Made by a program: the position numbers and the translations under genes. Positions 24,883 to 43,123 of a DNA stretch of 64,000 nt are shown here, one piece after another. The stretch is from the NCBI RefSeq assembly GCF_009914755.1, contig NC_060925.1. The stretch is one strand, 5' to 3'. Source of the stretch: the human T2T-CHM13v2.0 reference genome, Homo sapiens. The notes under the pieces are model-generated. The model saw only the letters and a program-made list of their open reading frames with translations. It did not search any database and was not told the origin of the DNA. The stretch's first letter is position 1. Every line of letters begins with the position of its first letter.

Positions 24883-25464
24883 GGGGCTCTCAATATTGTT
24901 ATTAGACCACAATCACCACTTAATTCATCTTATTGTGCACCACTTCATATATCCCAATCACTTCTACCAGAAAAAAGATCATCTAAGTTCCGAAATCAGT
25001 GTCCACCATCATGCTAAACACACACATAACAAACATATTGTGGTGTTAACCAGAAGACAGAGACAGTGTGAACACAGATGTGTAAAGCATGACCTCTGGT
25101 GGCTTTCAGAGGATTCTCTCCCACTCCATATCTCATTTCTCTTCAGAGAACAGTCTTCCAAATAGGGAAATGGGTAGCTTGAAGGAACCTGGGCACTGCC
25201 ATAACTTATACTCACAATTGATTTGAGCTGCCAGAGCCCCTTGTTCCTCTAGACTAGAACTCTACTTTCCTCTGCTCAAAAACGCCTCTGAAACGTTAGC
25301 CGACTTGAATATGGAGATAGGGAGGCAGGCAGAAAACAGACTTCCCTGGTACCCGACTGAGTGTCTTCACCAGAGTCCTTTATGTTACCATCTCTGCTCA
25401 TCACACAGACAGAAAGAAGACTACCGGCGACCCTACTGGGAATCTGCGCAAGAAACCACAGTAC

Positions 25465-25545
25465 CTTGGAAGCCCGCAGTTCTCCTAAGTAGGAATCATC
25501 GTTATCTAATGTAGGCTGCTGGAAAGGGTCCCGGGTGGGAGGCAT
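25465..25545 (-). CDS. CFAP276: CFAP276 (C1orf194, ciliary microtubule inner protein) first coding exon of the 169-aa form (MPPTRDPFQQPTLDNDDSYLGELRASK)
   Basis: gccATG start; AAG|GTACTG donor. Exons sum to 81+117+116+125+71=510 nt = 169 aa + stop. K28 and I122, the residues I recall as CMT-associated, fall at the expected positions. Confidence 0.9.
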
Positions 25546-25651
25546 GGCTAAATGCCTAACTCTTTTAAGAGGGATGGGAGGCCCGCTCAGCCGCAGCACA
25601 GCCTCACTGGCATAAGATCCCGGGTCCCAATTGTTTGGAGCGCTGGTTTCG

Positions 25652-25664
25652 GTTGCCAGGCAAC
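25652..25664. promoter_or_regulatory. RFX X-box palindrome GTTGCCAGGCAAC upstream of CFAP276
   Basis: Fits GTNRCC-N(0-3)-RGYAAC and lies ~107 bp upstream of the CFAP276 ATG at 25545. X-boxes are typical of ciliary gene promoters. Confidence 0.8.
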
Positions 25665-25704
25665 TGCCCAGCCATCTATGACAGAGGAATTCCCTCAGAG
25701 GAGG

Positions 25705-25718
25705 GCGCCACCTGGCGG
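25705..25718 (-). promoter_or_regulatory. CTCF core motif, reverse (CCGCCAGGTGGCGC on the minus strand)
   Basis: Close match to the CTCF consensus with CpGs retained. Binding is not shown. Confidence 0.65.
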
Positions 25719-25960
25719 CTGACCACGGGAGGCCCCTGGGGAGGAAGCTCCGGGGACTGCAGAGGGAACGTTCCGCTGAGCGGGCCCGAGACTTGGAATT
25801 GCACTCCTGAGCCTCGGCGGAAAAGTGCTGGCTGCTCACCATCAGGACTTCTGCAAAAGACTTCAGTTGAGGAAAGAAGTCCTGAAAGATGACCCAGAAA
25901 TTTCCTTCTCCCTCGCACCTAACAAAAGGCTTTCAAAGCCATGAGAGAATGAGGATGTCA

Positions 25961-26386
<426 letters not shown>

Positions 26387-26492
26387 TCAACTACAGTGTC
26401 AGGGCTTCTCTTCTAGCCGGTTGTAAAAGCACGGATGGATTTGGCGGGATGTAAGATCTCCAGGAGTGGCCTTCGTAGGAGGGAACACGTAC

Positions 26493-26537
26493 TGGGGCCT
26501 CTTCCAGGCGACGACGTCTGGAGGGTGATCTCTCCAT
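26493..26537 (-). CDS. CFAP276: Probable alternative first coding exon of CFAP276 (MERSPSRRRRLEEAP), giving a 157-aa form
   Basis: aagATGG good Kozak context; 15 codons; CCA|GTACGT phase-0 donor compatible with the 20903 acceptor; lies in the shared CpG island. Confidence 0.65.
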
Positions 26538-26614
26538 CTTCTTTCTCTCGGTTCACACGCCACGTGTGCAACATCGGAGATGCTCATAAAATAACCCCTG
26601 GCCCGAAAGGGCAG

Positions 26615-26775
26615 TAGAAAACGGAAATTTGTTGGCTGGCTTGGAGGATGCTTCCACTGTGTTCTTCACACGAGCCCCGGGCCTGCCTGTTGGGCCGGTT
26701 GCGCACCCCGGGCGCGCGCTCTCCCGCGCCCACGCCGCGCGCACCAGCGGCGGCGGCTGCCATGGCGACCCGCAG
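26615..26775 (+). other. ELAPOR1: Probable upstream ELAPOR1 5' UTR exon, spliced to ~26988
   Basis: Strong CAG|GTGAGC donor at 26775/26776; polypyrimidine tract + CAG acceptor ending at 26987. The 5' end is inferred from the TATA-like element. Confidence 0.55.
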
Positions 26776-27043
26776 GTGAGCTGCAGAGGCGCGCGTGGTC
26801 CCTGCCCCACCCGCGCGGAGCCAGAGAGGAGGCGGTTGTCAAGGCGACGTGGGTAGGAGGAGAGGACAGAGGGAGGAGGAAGGATGGGCGGTGTTGGCGT
26901 AGCCGCAGGGAGGTGACTGAAGCGAGCCTGGCCTCTTGCATCCTCCGCCTGTGTACCTCCCTCCCCTTTTTTTCCGCCTTCTGCCAGCAGAAGCAGCAGC
27001 CGCAGCACCTGAGCCGCTACTGCCGCTCACTCAGGACAACGCT

Positions 27044-27196
27044 ATGGCTGAGCCTGGGCACAGCCACCATCTCTCCGCCAGAGTCAGGGGAAGAACTGAG
27101 AGGCGCATACCCCGGCTGTGGCGGCTGCTGCTCTGGGCTGGGACCGCCTTCCAGGTGACCCAGGGAACGGGACCGGAGCTTCATGCCTGCAAAGAG
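27044..27196 (+). CDS. ELAPOR1: ELAPOR1 (KIAA1324 / EIG121 / inceptor) coding exon 1, signal-peptide region [51 protein letters not shown]
   Basis: gctATGG start; 153 nt; GAG|GTACTG donor; recognised N-terminus with basic n-region and hydrophobic h-region. Confidence 0.94.
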
Positions 27197-29522
27197 GTAC
27201 TGCCGCCCCCCTACCCGATCCCGCTTTGGTCACAAAAGTCTTGGATCCAGGCGGAGACCTTGGGGACCCAGGCGCAGAGAGTTTCAGACGCCACGGAGTT
27301 TAGATTTCTTTGGGGATGAGGCGTGGGGGGAGGGAAGAGGAGCCAGTCTGGCGTCATGAGGAGGCCAGCACATTGGAGGACTCACGGATAGATCATCCTC
27401 ACAGATTGGGATGCTGAGCTCAGCGAGAAAGGTCCCAGCCCCAAGAAGGGGAGCTACCTGGGTACCTGAACTCAGAATGAGGGAGGCAGACGAGTTATTT
27501 TCCAGTTAGGATGAACTCACCTTAAAAGTGGTTGACAAGAAAAGATTATGCACAGAGAAGCAAAATAGGAAGAGGAAAGAAGAGTAGTGGGAGAGGAAAG
27601 GAGTTAGGAAGGCCAGAAAAAAGTATCAGAGCGAAGTGGTTTTATCATGGCTACACAAAACGGAGTGTGAAGGTGGGAGATGTGCGAGAGGGATGATAGG
27701 ATTCCAGCTCTCTAGTTCCTTGTTTATTAAACATCGGTTAGTGCAGACTGTAAAATGTGTCTCCTCCTTATAGCTTGGCCTCCCCGCAGCGTACTATGTT
27801 TAGTGTACCTGACAGTACACGACTCACCTTTTTGCAGATTTTGAGTTCTTCAATATCTTGTGTTCTGCCAACCTCTAGTCTCCTTCTCTGACTTAACATA
27901 TGTCAAAGTCTTTTTCAAGGTATTTCCAATATGTTGGAAGCAGAATTCAGACAATAGGTAGTCAATCTCTTATAACCAAAAATAGCTTTTGAAAAGTCAT
28001 CTTGGAGGAACATAAAAGGGCACTAGCAGCAACAAAACTAAGTCATTTCTATGTTATTGAAATAACAATATTTGGTTGTGCTCTGAGCAACTTTTTTAGA
28101 AACCATATGGCAGAGGCAACAATAAGATATTTACAAGAACTACGTTGGGGAAGGCAAAATAAAAGTTCTGTTATTTCTGTGAAATGTGAAGGACTTCATA
28201 AAAAGTCAAGCATCTAGCTCTGTAAATTTAATCCCAAATATCAAGCTTGACTAAGGTTTTGAGAGGTTAGAATATATATATAGATGTATTTTCTTTACTT
28301 TAAAAAATATATGTTTTAAAATAGAAATGAGGTTTCGATATACTGCCCCGGCCAGTCTCTAACTCCTGGGCTCAAGCGACTTCCCACCTCGGCCTCCCAA
28401 AGTGCTGGGATTATAAGAATGAGCCACTGCGCCCAGCCCAGAATATTTTTTATAAATTGTTAGTGTGAACTGATTGGCAACAACTCCATCCCATATGGAG
28501 ATAAATTCTTATAAAGATGTTCTGTGTCTACAGCACAGCAGGTCATAAAGAAGTCAGGTGTGGGGGGGAGGATTTTTGTGTGAATAAAGATACTTGATTT
28601 TGAAGATTCATGAATATGACATAAGTGACCCCAGTGAGTGGGACTTTTGATAACCTTTATTAGCTCCAATGACAACCTGCCCTGGGCCATCTACATTTCC
28701 ACCTAGCCGCATTATGACCTGTTTTAGAGATCGCAGGGAACAGTATGATCTTATCAGTGACTGGCTCACTGGCCTTGATGGCCTGTGGTCTAACCAACCA
28801 AAATAATGAGACCAAGAAAGCCCACTTGCCTAAGAATCAAACAAGGGAGTTTCCTGAGTGGAAGGTAAGAATCATACAGTTTAACTACCAATTCTTGTTG
28901 AGATCTTTGTCAACAATGGAAAATATGAGACATTTCAGAAATTAAGCACTTCTATTATCTTGGTTTGGAGGAAGGGAAGAATATTGATACTTGAGAACTC
29001 GAACTTGTGTACGAATTTTGCCTTTGGTCCTGTTTGAATAACCAATATTTGCCTAAGCAAAAGGTCTTGCCACAAAGTGTAAGCTTAAGGTAGTGGAAAG
29101 CTATGGAGCTCAACCTACCAGGGTTTCAGTCCTGTTACTTACCACGTGGTTTTTGGATTTGTAGAATGGGTATCAAAATAACACCTACCTCAGAAAGGAT
29201 TGCTTTGAGTATTGAAATAGAAAATACATTGGAAACACAAAAGAGAGTTACCCACCCTCCTTCTCTGTTCAGCTTCTTTCCCATTAGATCCACACCCCAT
29301 GCCAGATTGGAAATGGCTTAGGAGGCATGCCCATTTGCCACAGGCGTCAGCAAGTCCTGTTTACATTCTCCTTGAGCAAACAGTGGCCATTGAACACCCT
29401 CAACTCCAAAACAATCAGGGAGAGAATAAACCCATTATTATAGTATTCATTTGGCAATATGAACTGATCAAACAAGTTTGGGGGCTTCCAACCCCAAATG
29501 GTGAAAAACCAATTCAAGGTAG

Positions 29523-29886
<364 letters not shown>

Positions 29887-30344
29887 TGAGCTGATGTTGG
29901 GTGTTGATGGCAGGACTCTTATCAGGCCAAGGCTGACCCTAATGACAATAATATTGTTCCAGCCTTGTTCGTGAAAGCTGAGGCATCCCTCTGGATGTAA
30001 TCAGGAAACGGAGAGGTTTAGCTTGAGGCCTAAACTGAAGTGGCAAAGTGGGAGTTCTAGACTGCTGGACATGTGCTGGGGCTTGGCATTCCTCTCACAG
30101 TTTTATAATAATCAGGGTCACAAATGGAACTAAACATCCTGTATGATATTCGTTTTCATGAATCGTTTCTTTAGCCAAGGCTAAGTGCTGACTGCGAGCC
30201 AAAGGAGCATTTCCCAAGGTGCAGTGAAGCAAATCAAACCAAAGAGGAGCAGAAAGCTGCCTTTAACACGCTCTACCTTATCCTGAGGCTCCAGGGCTAA
30301 TTGGCCTCAAAGGGGTTCCCCAGTCTATATTGAAAAGCCCATGG

Positions 30345-30585
30345 GTTAGGAATCTAGCAGACATGGATTGGAATAAAATTTGTTGAATGAGTGATGCCAT
30401 TTAGTAAGGATGCTACTTTGAGAAGTTAATTAACTTCTGTCAGCATCAAATTCCTGATCTGTGAAATGGGGATGGTAATACCTATCTCACAGGGCTGTTG
30501 TAGGAATTAAATTAAATAAAATAACATGTGAAGTGCCTAGTACATACCCTTGATATATCATAGGTACTTAATAAACGTTGGTAGG
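30345..30585 (+). mobile_element. MIR SINE
   Basis: MIR core-like TTCCTGATCTGTGAAATGGGGATGGTAATACCTATCTCACAGGGCTGTTGTAGG. Confidence 0.75.
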
Positions 30586-30825
30586 AAGAACAGTTAAGTA
30601 CACAGATAATGACGTATAAATGACGTCATAAGATTAACATGTGGTAAACAATGCAGGAGTGGCAATATAGAGGATGATAGGAAAAGAAAGAAGAAAACTA
30701 ATTCAGGGCGGGGCACAGTGGCTCACACCTGTAATCCCAGCACTTTGGGAGGCCGAGGCAGGTGGATCACCTGAGGTTGGGAGTTCAAAACCAGCCTGGC
30801 CAACATTGAAACCCTGTCTCTACTA

Positions 30826-30984
<159 letters not shown>

Positions 30985-31714
30985 TCAAAAAAAAAAAGAA
31001 AGAAAGAAAGAAAGAAAATTAATTCAAACAGTTGGCACTTGACCTGCTTCTGTGATTGATAATCAGCAGCATTTCAGTAGGCAGAGATGGAGGAAGGGTG
31101 TTTTCTAGATAGAGGGAGGAGCTTGACGAAAGGTCCACATGTGGAAAATGCAAATGATCCTGGGACTTGCAAGCAGACCAGCTGGCTGAAATGTGCAATA
31201 GTGTGAGATACAAAGTTGATAAGGTTGAAAAATTCTAAACTAAGTGGAGAATCCCTGAAGGATTTCTGGCAGAGATAGCAGCCTAAGCAGAATGGATTAG
31301 CATGAATATAAAGTAAGCATGGTTGAGGTGGGCCAACAGATGAGAGCAGAGAGATGAGGCAAGGAGACCAATACTGAAGATATTACTGAAGTCAAGGAGG
31401 AGGTTAATAAAGGGACTGCACTGGGATGGGGGCAGTGGAATACATGGAAAGGCGTCTGTGTGAAAAACATGCTGACGGTGGAGGTTAGAGGATTTGGCAA
31501 CTGATTGATGGTGTAGGGTGATGGTGACGGGCGGGTCAAGGATTTTTGTAAGGATTTTGGAGTGGGAGAATGGTAGGAGTTACTATCCAAAATGCAGAAA
31601 GAACAGCTTTAGGGAGCAGAGTGTTCCCTGTTCTTAGTTCTGATGTCCCTGGGATCAGCCCCTGTAGTCAGGGGAGAAAGTCCTGAGCCTTTGGCACGCT
31701 ACTTCACTTTGTGA

Positions 31715-32095
<381 letters not shown>

Positions 32096-32836
32096 TGAAG
32101 GCTGGAATGTGGTGGTGCCATCTCAGCTCACTGCAACCTCCCCCTCCCAGGCTCAAGCCATCCTCCCATCTCAGTTGGGATTACAGGTGTGCACCACCAT
32201 GCCCTGATAATTTTTGTAGTTTTGGAGAGACAGGGTTTCTCCATGTTGCCCAGGCTGGTCTCAAACTCGTGAGCTCTAGTGATCTGCCTGCCTCGGCCTC
32301 CCAAATTGCTGGAATTACAGGTGTGAGCCACCGCACTCAGCCTGCTTTTTTTTTTTTTTTCACATGTATGTCTCTCTAAACAATCTTATTTAGATCTGTT
32401 TATTTTTGACCTTTGTAAAAATATATTGCATTGTATATAGAGTTATAACATTTGCTTTTCTAACTCAACACTAAGCTTCTAAACTCATCTACGTTATTGT
32501 ATGTTACTATATTTTGTGCATTTTCGGTGTTGTAAAATACTCCTTTGGTGAATATTCCACGATTTAAAAATTAGTTTTCCTGTTAATAGACATTTGGGTT
32601 TCCATTGTTTTGCTATTTCAAACAATGCTGCTATGGACATTTTTGAACCTGTCTTCTGGTGTGCAGGTACACGTTTCTTGAAGGTATAAGCCTAGGAGTG
32701 GGGTGCTGGGTTGTGGGTTGTGTATAGATTCATCTTTACAGGAGAATGCCAAATTGTTTTCTGAAGTGAGTGAATTAATCATAATTTATTCTTCAGTGAC
32801 TCCAGAGATTGGGATTCTATTAAGGACCTTAGTCAC

Positions 32837-33497
<661 letters not shown>

Positions 33498-33939
33498 GTC
33501 ACTTTAGCCCCAGACATACCAAGTTAGGGCTTAACTGTGGGGACACTCTCTCTTCACAAGTAATGCTGTTTCTTCAGAGCTCTTGGGGGTCGTGTTTACC
33601 TAGACTTTTACAGCTTTCTTCAGTTTTCAGTTTTGTAATCTGATGTGTCGCAGGTGGGATGAGTTTTCTTCTATTTTGGAAACTGGACAGATGAATTCTC
33701 ATTCAGATCACTCACTAAATAGAGTCCAGGTGAAAGCAACTTCTAGGGCCAGGCTTCTGGAAATTAGTAGCATCTTAAGGTGTCAAGGTAGGTAACATCT
33801 TAGGGTAAAACAGAAATGTCACTCAATAAGAGCTATCTACTGCTCTCTATTCTATCTGAGAGGAGTCTTAGCTATTGTAACGTCTTTCAGGGAAGTGCCC
33901 TGTGGGCAAAAATAACGCTTCGTATCCAGATTTGGTACA

Positions 33940-36575
<2,636 letters not shown>

Positions 36576-36677
36576 GCTCATTGTAAACATTTCATTATAT
36601 CTTTCCAGCTTTCTCTCCATACTTATAGACTTTCTAGACCTCTGTATGTATGGATATAAATATATACTTTTTTTTGA

Positions 36678-36941
<264 letters not shown>

Positions 36942-37803
36942 TGAGCCACCATGTCTGGCCATAAATATGTAATTATCCATAAGTGTGTTTATTCCACACA
37001 TGCTCTTTCATAACCTACTTTTTTCATGCAATAATATTGCAGGGGGCATTGCTACATGTTAATAAATATAGGTCTACATCATCATTTTTCTCTTTAAGAG
37101 AAGGAGTCTCACTATGTTGCCCAGGCTGGAGAGCAGTGACTATTACAGGTGTCATCATGGTGCAGTATAACCTTGAACTCTTGGGCTCAAGGTATCCTCC
37201 TGCCTCGGCCTCCCAAGTAGCTGGGGCTGCAGGCTTGTGCCACCACATCTAGCTACTTTATTATTTTTAAGGCTGCATAGAGTTCCGTAGGCTGTATATA
37301 ATATAATTTATATAACTAACCAATTCAGATAACCAACCAATTTCTATTAGAATGAAGAATACTGAAGTGAACACTTGCATATATAGTTGTAAACATTTGC
37401 TCAACTGTCATTCAGTTAACTCCTTAAATTATGTTCTTAGAAATGAGGATTCTTTGACCAAGGGCATATATATTTCATATTGTTCCCTATTTCTCCATTT
37501 ATCTTTTGGAGAAATTGCATCAATTTTTACTTCTCATTAACCTTGCACACCGTCACCTTTTCTCACATCCTTGGCAATGCTATCAATCCTTTAAAACTTT
37601 CATAAATTAATAGGCAATGCACATGCATACTGCATTCTTGGTCCATAACTGAGGAATCCCACCTGTTTTCAAAAGGACCCTACTGGAGCTCCCAAGTGAC
37701 CTCAGAGCATTTCTAGGGGTTATTACTTCAGTTGAGGGAGATTTTCTGGCTCCTCACTCTACCACTTTCGATTCCTTGTGTGTGGTCTCTCTTTTTTTTT
37801 TGA

Positions 37804-37911
<108 letters not shown>

Positions 37912-39315
37912 TGAGTAACTGAGATTACAGGTGCCCACCAACATGCCTGGCTAATTTTTGTATTTTTAGTAGAGATGGCACTATACCATGTTGGCCAGGC
38001 TGGTCTTGAACTCCTGATCTCAAGTGATCAACCCACCTCGGCCTCCCAAAGTGCTGGGAGTACAGGCGTGAGCCACCATGCCCAGCTGGTAATTTTTGTA
38101 TTTTTTTAGTAGAGATGGAATTTCCCTATATGTTGGCCAGGCTGGTCTCGAACTCCTGACCTCAAGTGATCCAGCGCTCCTTGGCCTCTCAAAGTGCTGG
38201 GATTACAGGTGTGAACCAACATGCCTGGCCAAGCAGTCTGTTTTTTTTGTTTTGTTTTGTTTTGTTTTGTTTTAAGACAGAGTCTTGCTCCGTCGCCAGG
38301 CTGTAGTGCAGCACAATCTCAGCTCACTACAACCTCCGCCTCCCGGGTTCAAGTGATTCTCCTGCCTCAGCCTCCCGAGTAACTGGGACTACAGGCGTGC
38401 ACCACCAGGCCCGGTTGTATTTTTAGTAGAGACAGCATTTCACCATGTTGGCCAGGATGGTCTCGATCTCTTGACCTTGTGATCTGCCCGCCTTGGCCTC
38501 CCAAAGTGCTGGGATTACAGGCGGGAGCCACCACGCCCGGCCAAGCAGTCTGTTTTTAATCCTGCACAATCTGGATACACAGTTTAGCACTTCCTAGGGT
38601 GATAAGAATGCATCTTCATACATAAAAACACACACACCAAGCAAAAAACACCACCACTACAGCAAGATGACACTAATGAGCAATGGACTTTTTTTCCAGG
38701 AGGAAAAGTTTTAATTTATTCACAGAAATAGCATAAAAATCCCCGTACATCATTCTTAATCTTCCAAATCCCTTCTCAGCTGCTTCCCCTCCACCCAACC
38801 AGGAGTGAAGTGTTCCATCCTTCTCCCACACTACGCCAGCCTCCTCTCTTCTCTTTCACATTTCCCCACTTAGGTGGTCCCAGGGAGAAGCTCATTTGGC
38901 TTGAAAAGCCAAGTTGTTACTCACAAATAACCATTCCAATCGACTTGCAGTTATACATTTCATTAAGTGCTATGCAGGAAAAGTGAAGGCTATGATGAGA
39001 GATTATTTCAAGGAGACTTAGATGGGGAAAGTGAGAGCAGGCCTTTCTGAGGAGTGAGTTTAAGCATGGATCTGAAGGGTGTGGAAGAGTTGGGCAGGCA
39101 AAGATAAGGGACAAACTCAGCCTGGTGCTCAGAGGATGGACAGAAGGCCAGTGTGGCTGAACCACATAAACTTACACTTGTAAAATAAAAAAGTGCAAGG
39201 CCAGGTACAGTGGCTCACCCCTGTAATCCCAGGTATGATCCTTAAAAAACAAAGCAAGCAATACAGGAAAGTACAAGTAAAGAAAATAAAAATTTATCCC
39301 AATTTTAATCACTGA

Positions 39316-39705
<390 letters not shown>

Positions 39706-39999
39706 TGAGGAAGGCGAAGAGTGCTGATTTCACCACGGAATCACTGAGACATGGAGGGCCAGGCTCAAGAGCTTGTCTGCTTTATCAAGCTGCCAGCTTG
39801 TCCGGATCAGGGCAGATGGGCCGGGTGGAGAATTCTGCCAAATTTTTTGAAAACAAGTCAAACTCTTCCTTTCCTCAGTCTGTATTGTCCCTCTGGTGAG
39901 TGATAAAAATTGGGCTGTTTGTCACATTTCTTTCTTAAGCTCTCCTTCTATGTCATACCAGATAAAAGAACACAACAGATAATTATAGTTAGTGCTTGA

Positions 40000-40233
<234 letters not shown>

Positions 40234-40706
40234 TGACTAATTTTTTTGTATTTTAGTAGAGATGGGGTTTCACCATGTTGACCAGGATGGTCTTGATCGC
40301 CTGACCTTGTAGTCCACCTGCCTTGGCCTCCCGAAGTGCTGGGATTACAGGTGTGAGCCACCGCACCCAGCCTTCAAATTCTTTCAAGTCTGAGAAGGCT
40401 GATATGATGTTACCTTTTTATTTTATTTATTTATTTATTTTTTTGAGACAGCGTCCTACTCTTCACCCAGGCTGGAGTGCCGTGGCGTGATCACTGTTCA
40501 CGGCAGCCTTGAGCTTCTGGGCTCAAGTGATCCCTCCCACATTAGCCTGAGTAGCTGGAATTACAGGCACATGTCACCACACTTGGCTAATTTTTAAATT
40601 TTTTCAGAGACTAGGTCTCACCATGTTGTCCAGGCTGGTCTCGAACTCCTGGGCTCAGGTCATCCTCCCACCTTGGCCTTCCAAAGTGGTGGGATTGCAG
40701 ACATGA

Positions 40707-40913
<207 letters not shown>

Positions 40914-42689
40914 TAGAGACAGAGTTTCACCATGTTGGCCAGGCTGGTCTTCAACTCCTGACCTTAAGTTATCCACCTGCCTTGGCTTCCCAAAGTGCTG
41001 GGATTCCACGCATCAGCCACTGCACCTGGCCTTATTAAAGGCACTTTTAAAAGATCCACAAAACTATGCAGCATGAAAAATAAAATAAATTGAGTTTCAT
41101 AGGCCTAGAATGTGGTTTTCTAAGTATGAACCTTACTGCTAATACAAAATGAAAAGCAAACAGAAAAATTGGACTCTAATTGTAATAAACCTGCATGCTA
41201 ATTGGGGCATCCTTTTCCTGACCTGATGCAAAACAATAAAGGAAAACTGAAATTGGCTAATTTTGTGCTTGAAATCAATTACTTTGACCTCCCATCCCAA
41301 TCACATGAAAATAGAGTGGCTAGTAACCCACTCTGGGGAGTGTCACCTAGATATAAAACTGTAACTTCATAACATTGCTGGTGTTGAGGTGAATCTTAGT
41401 GGTCATCCAGTCCCAAGGCATCCTTGCCAGCCCCCTACAATACCTGGATGGGCGCTTATCTTCAGGTAGGCCTGAGCCTTTCTGGTAAAGAGGAGCTCAC
41501 TATTTCTAAAGGAAACCTGTGCCATTGGGTTAAAAAAGTATTAATTTTTAAACATTGGTAGTTGTTAAGCAGTTGTTGAATATTTTGAGCCAAAATTTGT
41601 TACCTCCCTTTCTAGATTTTACATGCTTCAGAATTTTCTCCTTTAGGTTTGAGACCAGAGCCCAAGTGGATCTAAACAGGCTCTTTGTACCACTCTGCAA
41701 ATTCTCTCATTTTCTGTTGCCCAAGACCAAGGATATTATCTCCATAGAGTGCCATTTCCCAGCTTATTAAATAAGAGAAATCATCAGTTTCTTAAAGGTT
41801 AGACTGAGAACCTGAGCCCTGAACATTTAACATCTACCTGTAGCTCATTCTGGGATACATTTAAGAAAGTAATCATCAGAGTATTTTACAGTTTGAAGAT
41901 GTCAGTGACAGATTGCCTCTGGGGCTCATGGGTCATTTGTCATGTTTTTACCAAATAGTTATTTTTCCTCTTATAGTTTTAATTTTTAATCCTCTGAAAT
42001 TTAAAATAAACCCCTCATTAAGTATTTATTAAACATAATGGACTGAAAGAGACATAGAAGAATTATATGATATAAAACCAACTTTGGCCTGGGAGCGGTG
42101 GCTCACACCTGTAATCCCAGCACTTTGGGAGGCCTAGGCGGGTGGATAACCTGAGGTCAGGAGTTCGAGACCAGCCTGGCCAACATGGTGAAACCCCGTC
42201 TCTACTAAAAATACAAAAATTAGCTGGGCGTGGTGGCACACGCCTGTAATCCTAGCTACCCGGGAGGCTGAGGCAGGATTCACTAGCTTGAATCCAGGAA
42301 GTGGAGGTTGCAGTGAGCCGAGATGGTGCCATTGCCCTCCAGCCTGGGCGACAGAGTGAGACTCCGTCTCAAAAAAACCAACGAAACAAAACAAAACAAA
42401 AACACACGCAAAAAACCCAACTTTGATGGAACACACAGCCTTTAAGGGAACAAGTGGTTGCCAGCAGTTACAGAGATCAAGTGCATGATAGAATGAGGCC
42501 AGTTGGGAAGGAGCAGTGGACAGAGCGCAGCCTCTGGAGACGGGCTTCATACCCCAGTTGGAGCTTCCCTCACTGTAAGACTCAGGCAAACTGCTGAATC
42601 TCAGCATCTCACTTACCAAAGGAGCTAATCCTATTTAATTTGAAGGACCACTGTGAAAATTAGAAAGGAGAAATAAGACGTGCACTAGT

Positions 42690-43123
42690 TATATTAGTTA
42701 CCTTGGGCTGCCTCAACAAAGTATCACAAACTGGGTGGTTTAAAGCAACAGAAATTTATTTCCTTGTGTTCTGCAAGCCAGGAGTCTAAAACCAAAGTGC
42801 CAGCAGGGCCATGCACCCTCTGAAGGTTCTAGGGAAGAACCTTCCTTGCCTCTTCCAGCCTCTGGTGGTTGCCAGCAATCCTTGGCCTTTCTTGGCTTAC
42901 AGCTCCATCACTCCAACCTCTGACTTCACTGTTACATGGCCTTCCTCTTGTGTGTGTCTCTGGGTCTTCTCATGGCATAAGGCCTTGAAATTTGGGCCCA
43001 TCCTAATCCATTAGGACTTCATCTTGACTAACTATATCTGCAAAGACACTGTTCCAAAGAAGATTACATTCTGAGCTCCAGGGTGGGCAGGAATTTTGGA
43101 GGGACACTATACAACCCAGTGCA
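42690..43123 (-). mobile_element. MaLR LTR (MLT1B/C-like) inserted in a MIR
   Basis: TATATTAGTTACCTTGGGCTGCC..AAAGTATCACAAACTGGGTGGTTTAAAGCAACAGAAATTT terminus; MIR-like sequence on both sides. Confidence 0.75.

Noticed and set aside
25276-25842. 188-aa ORF extending CFAP276 exon 1 by 99 codons upstream and into the intron
   Set aside because: Its ATG lies upstream of the X-box and CTCF promoter elements and it reads through a good donor. Only 25465-25545 fits the spliced protein.
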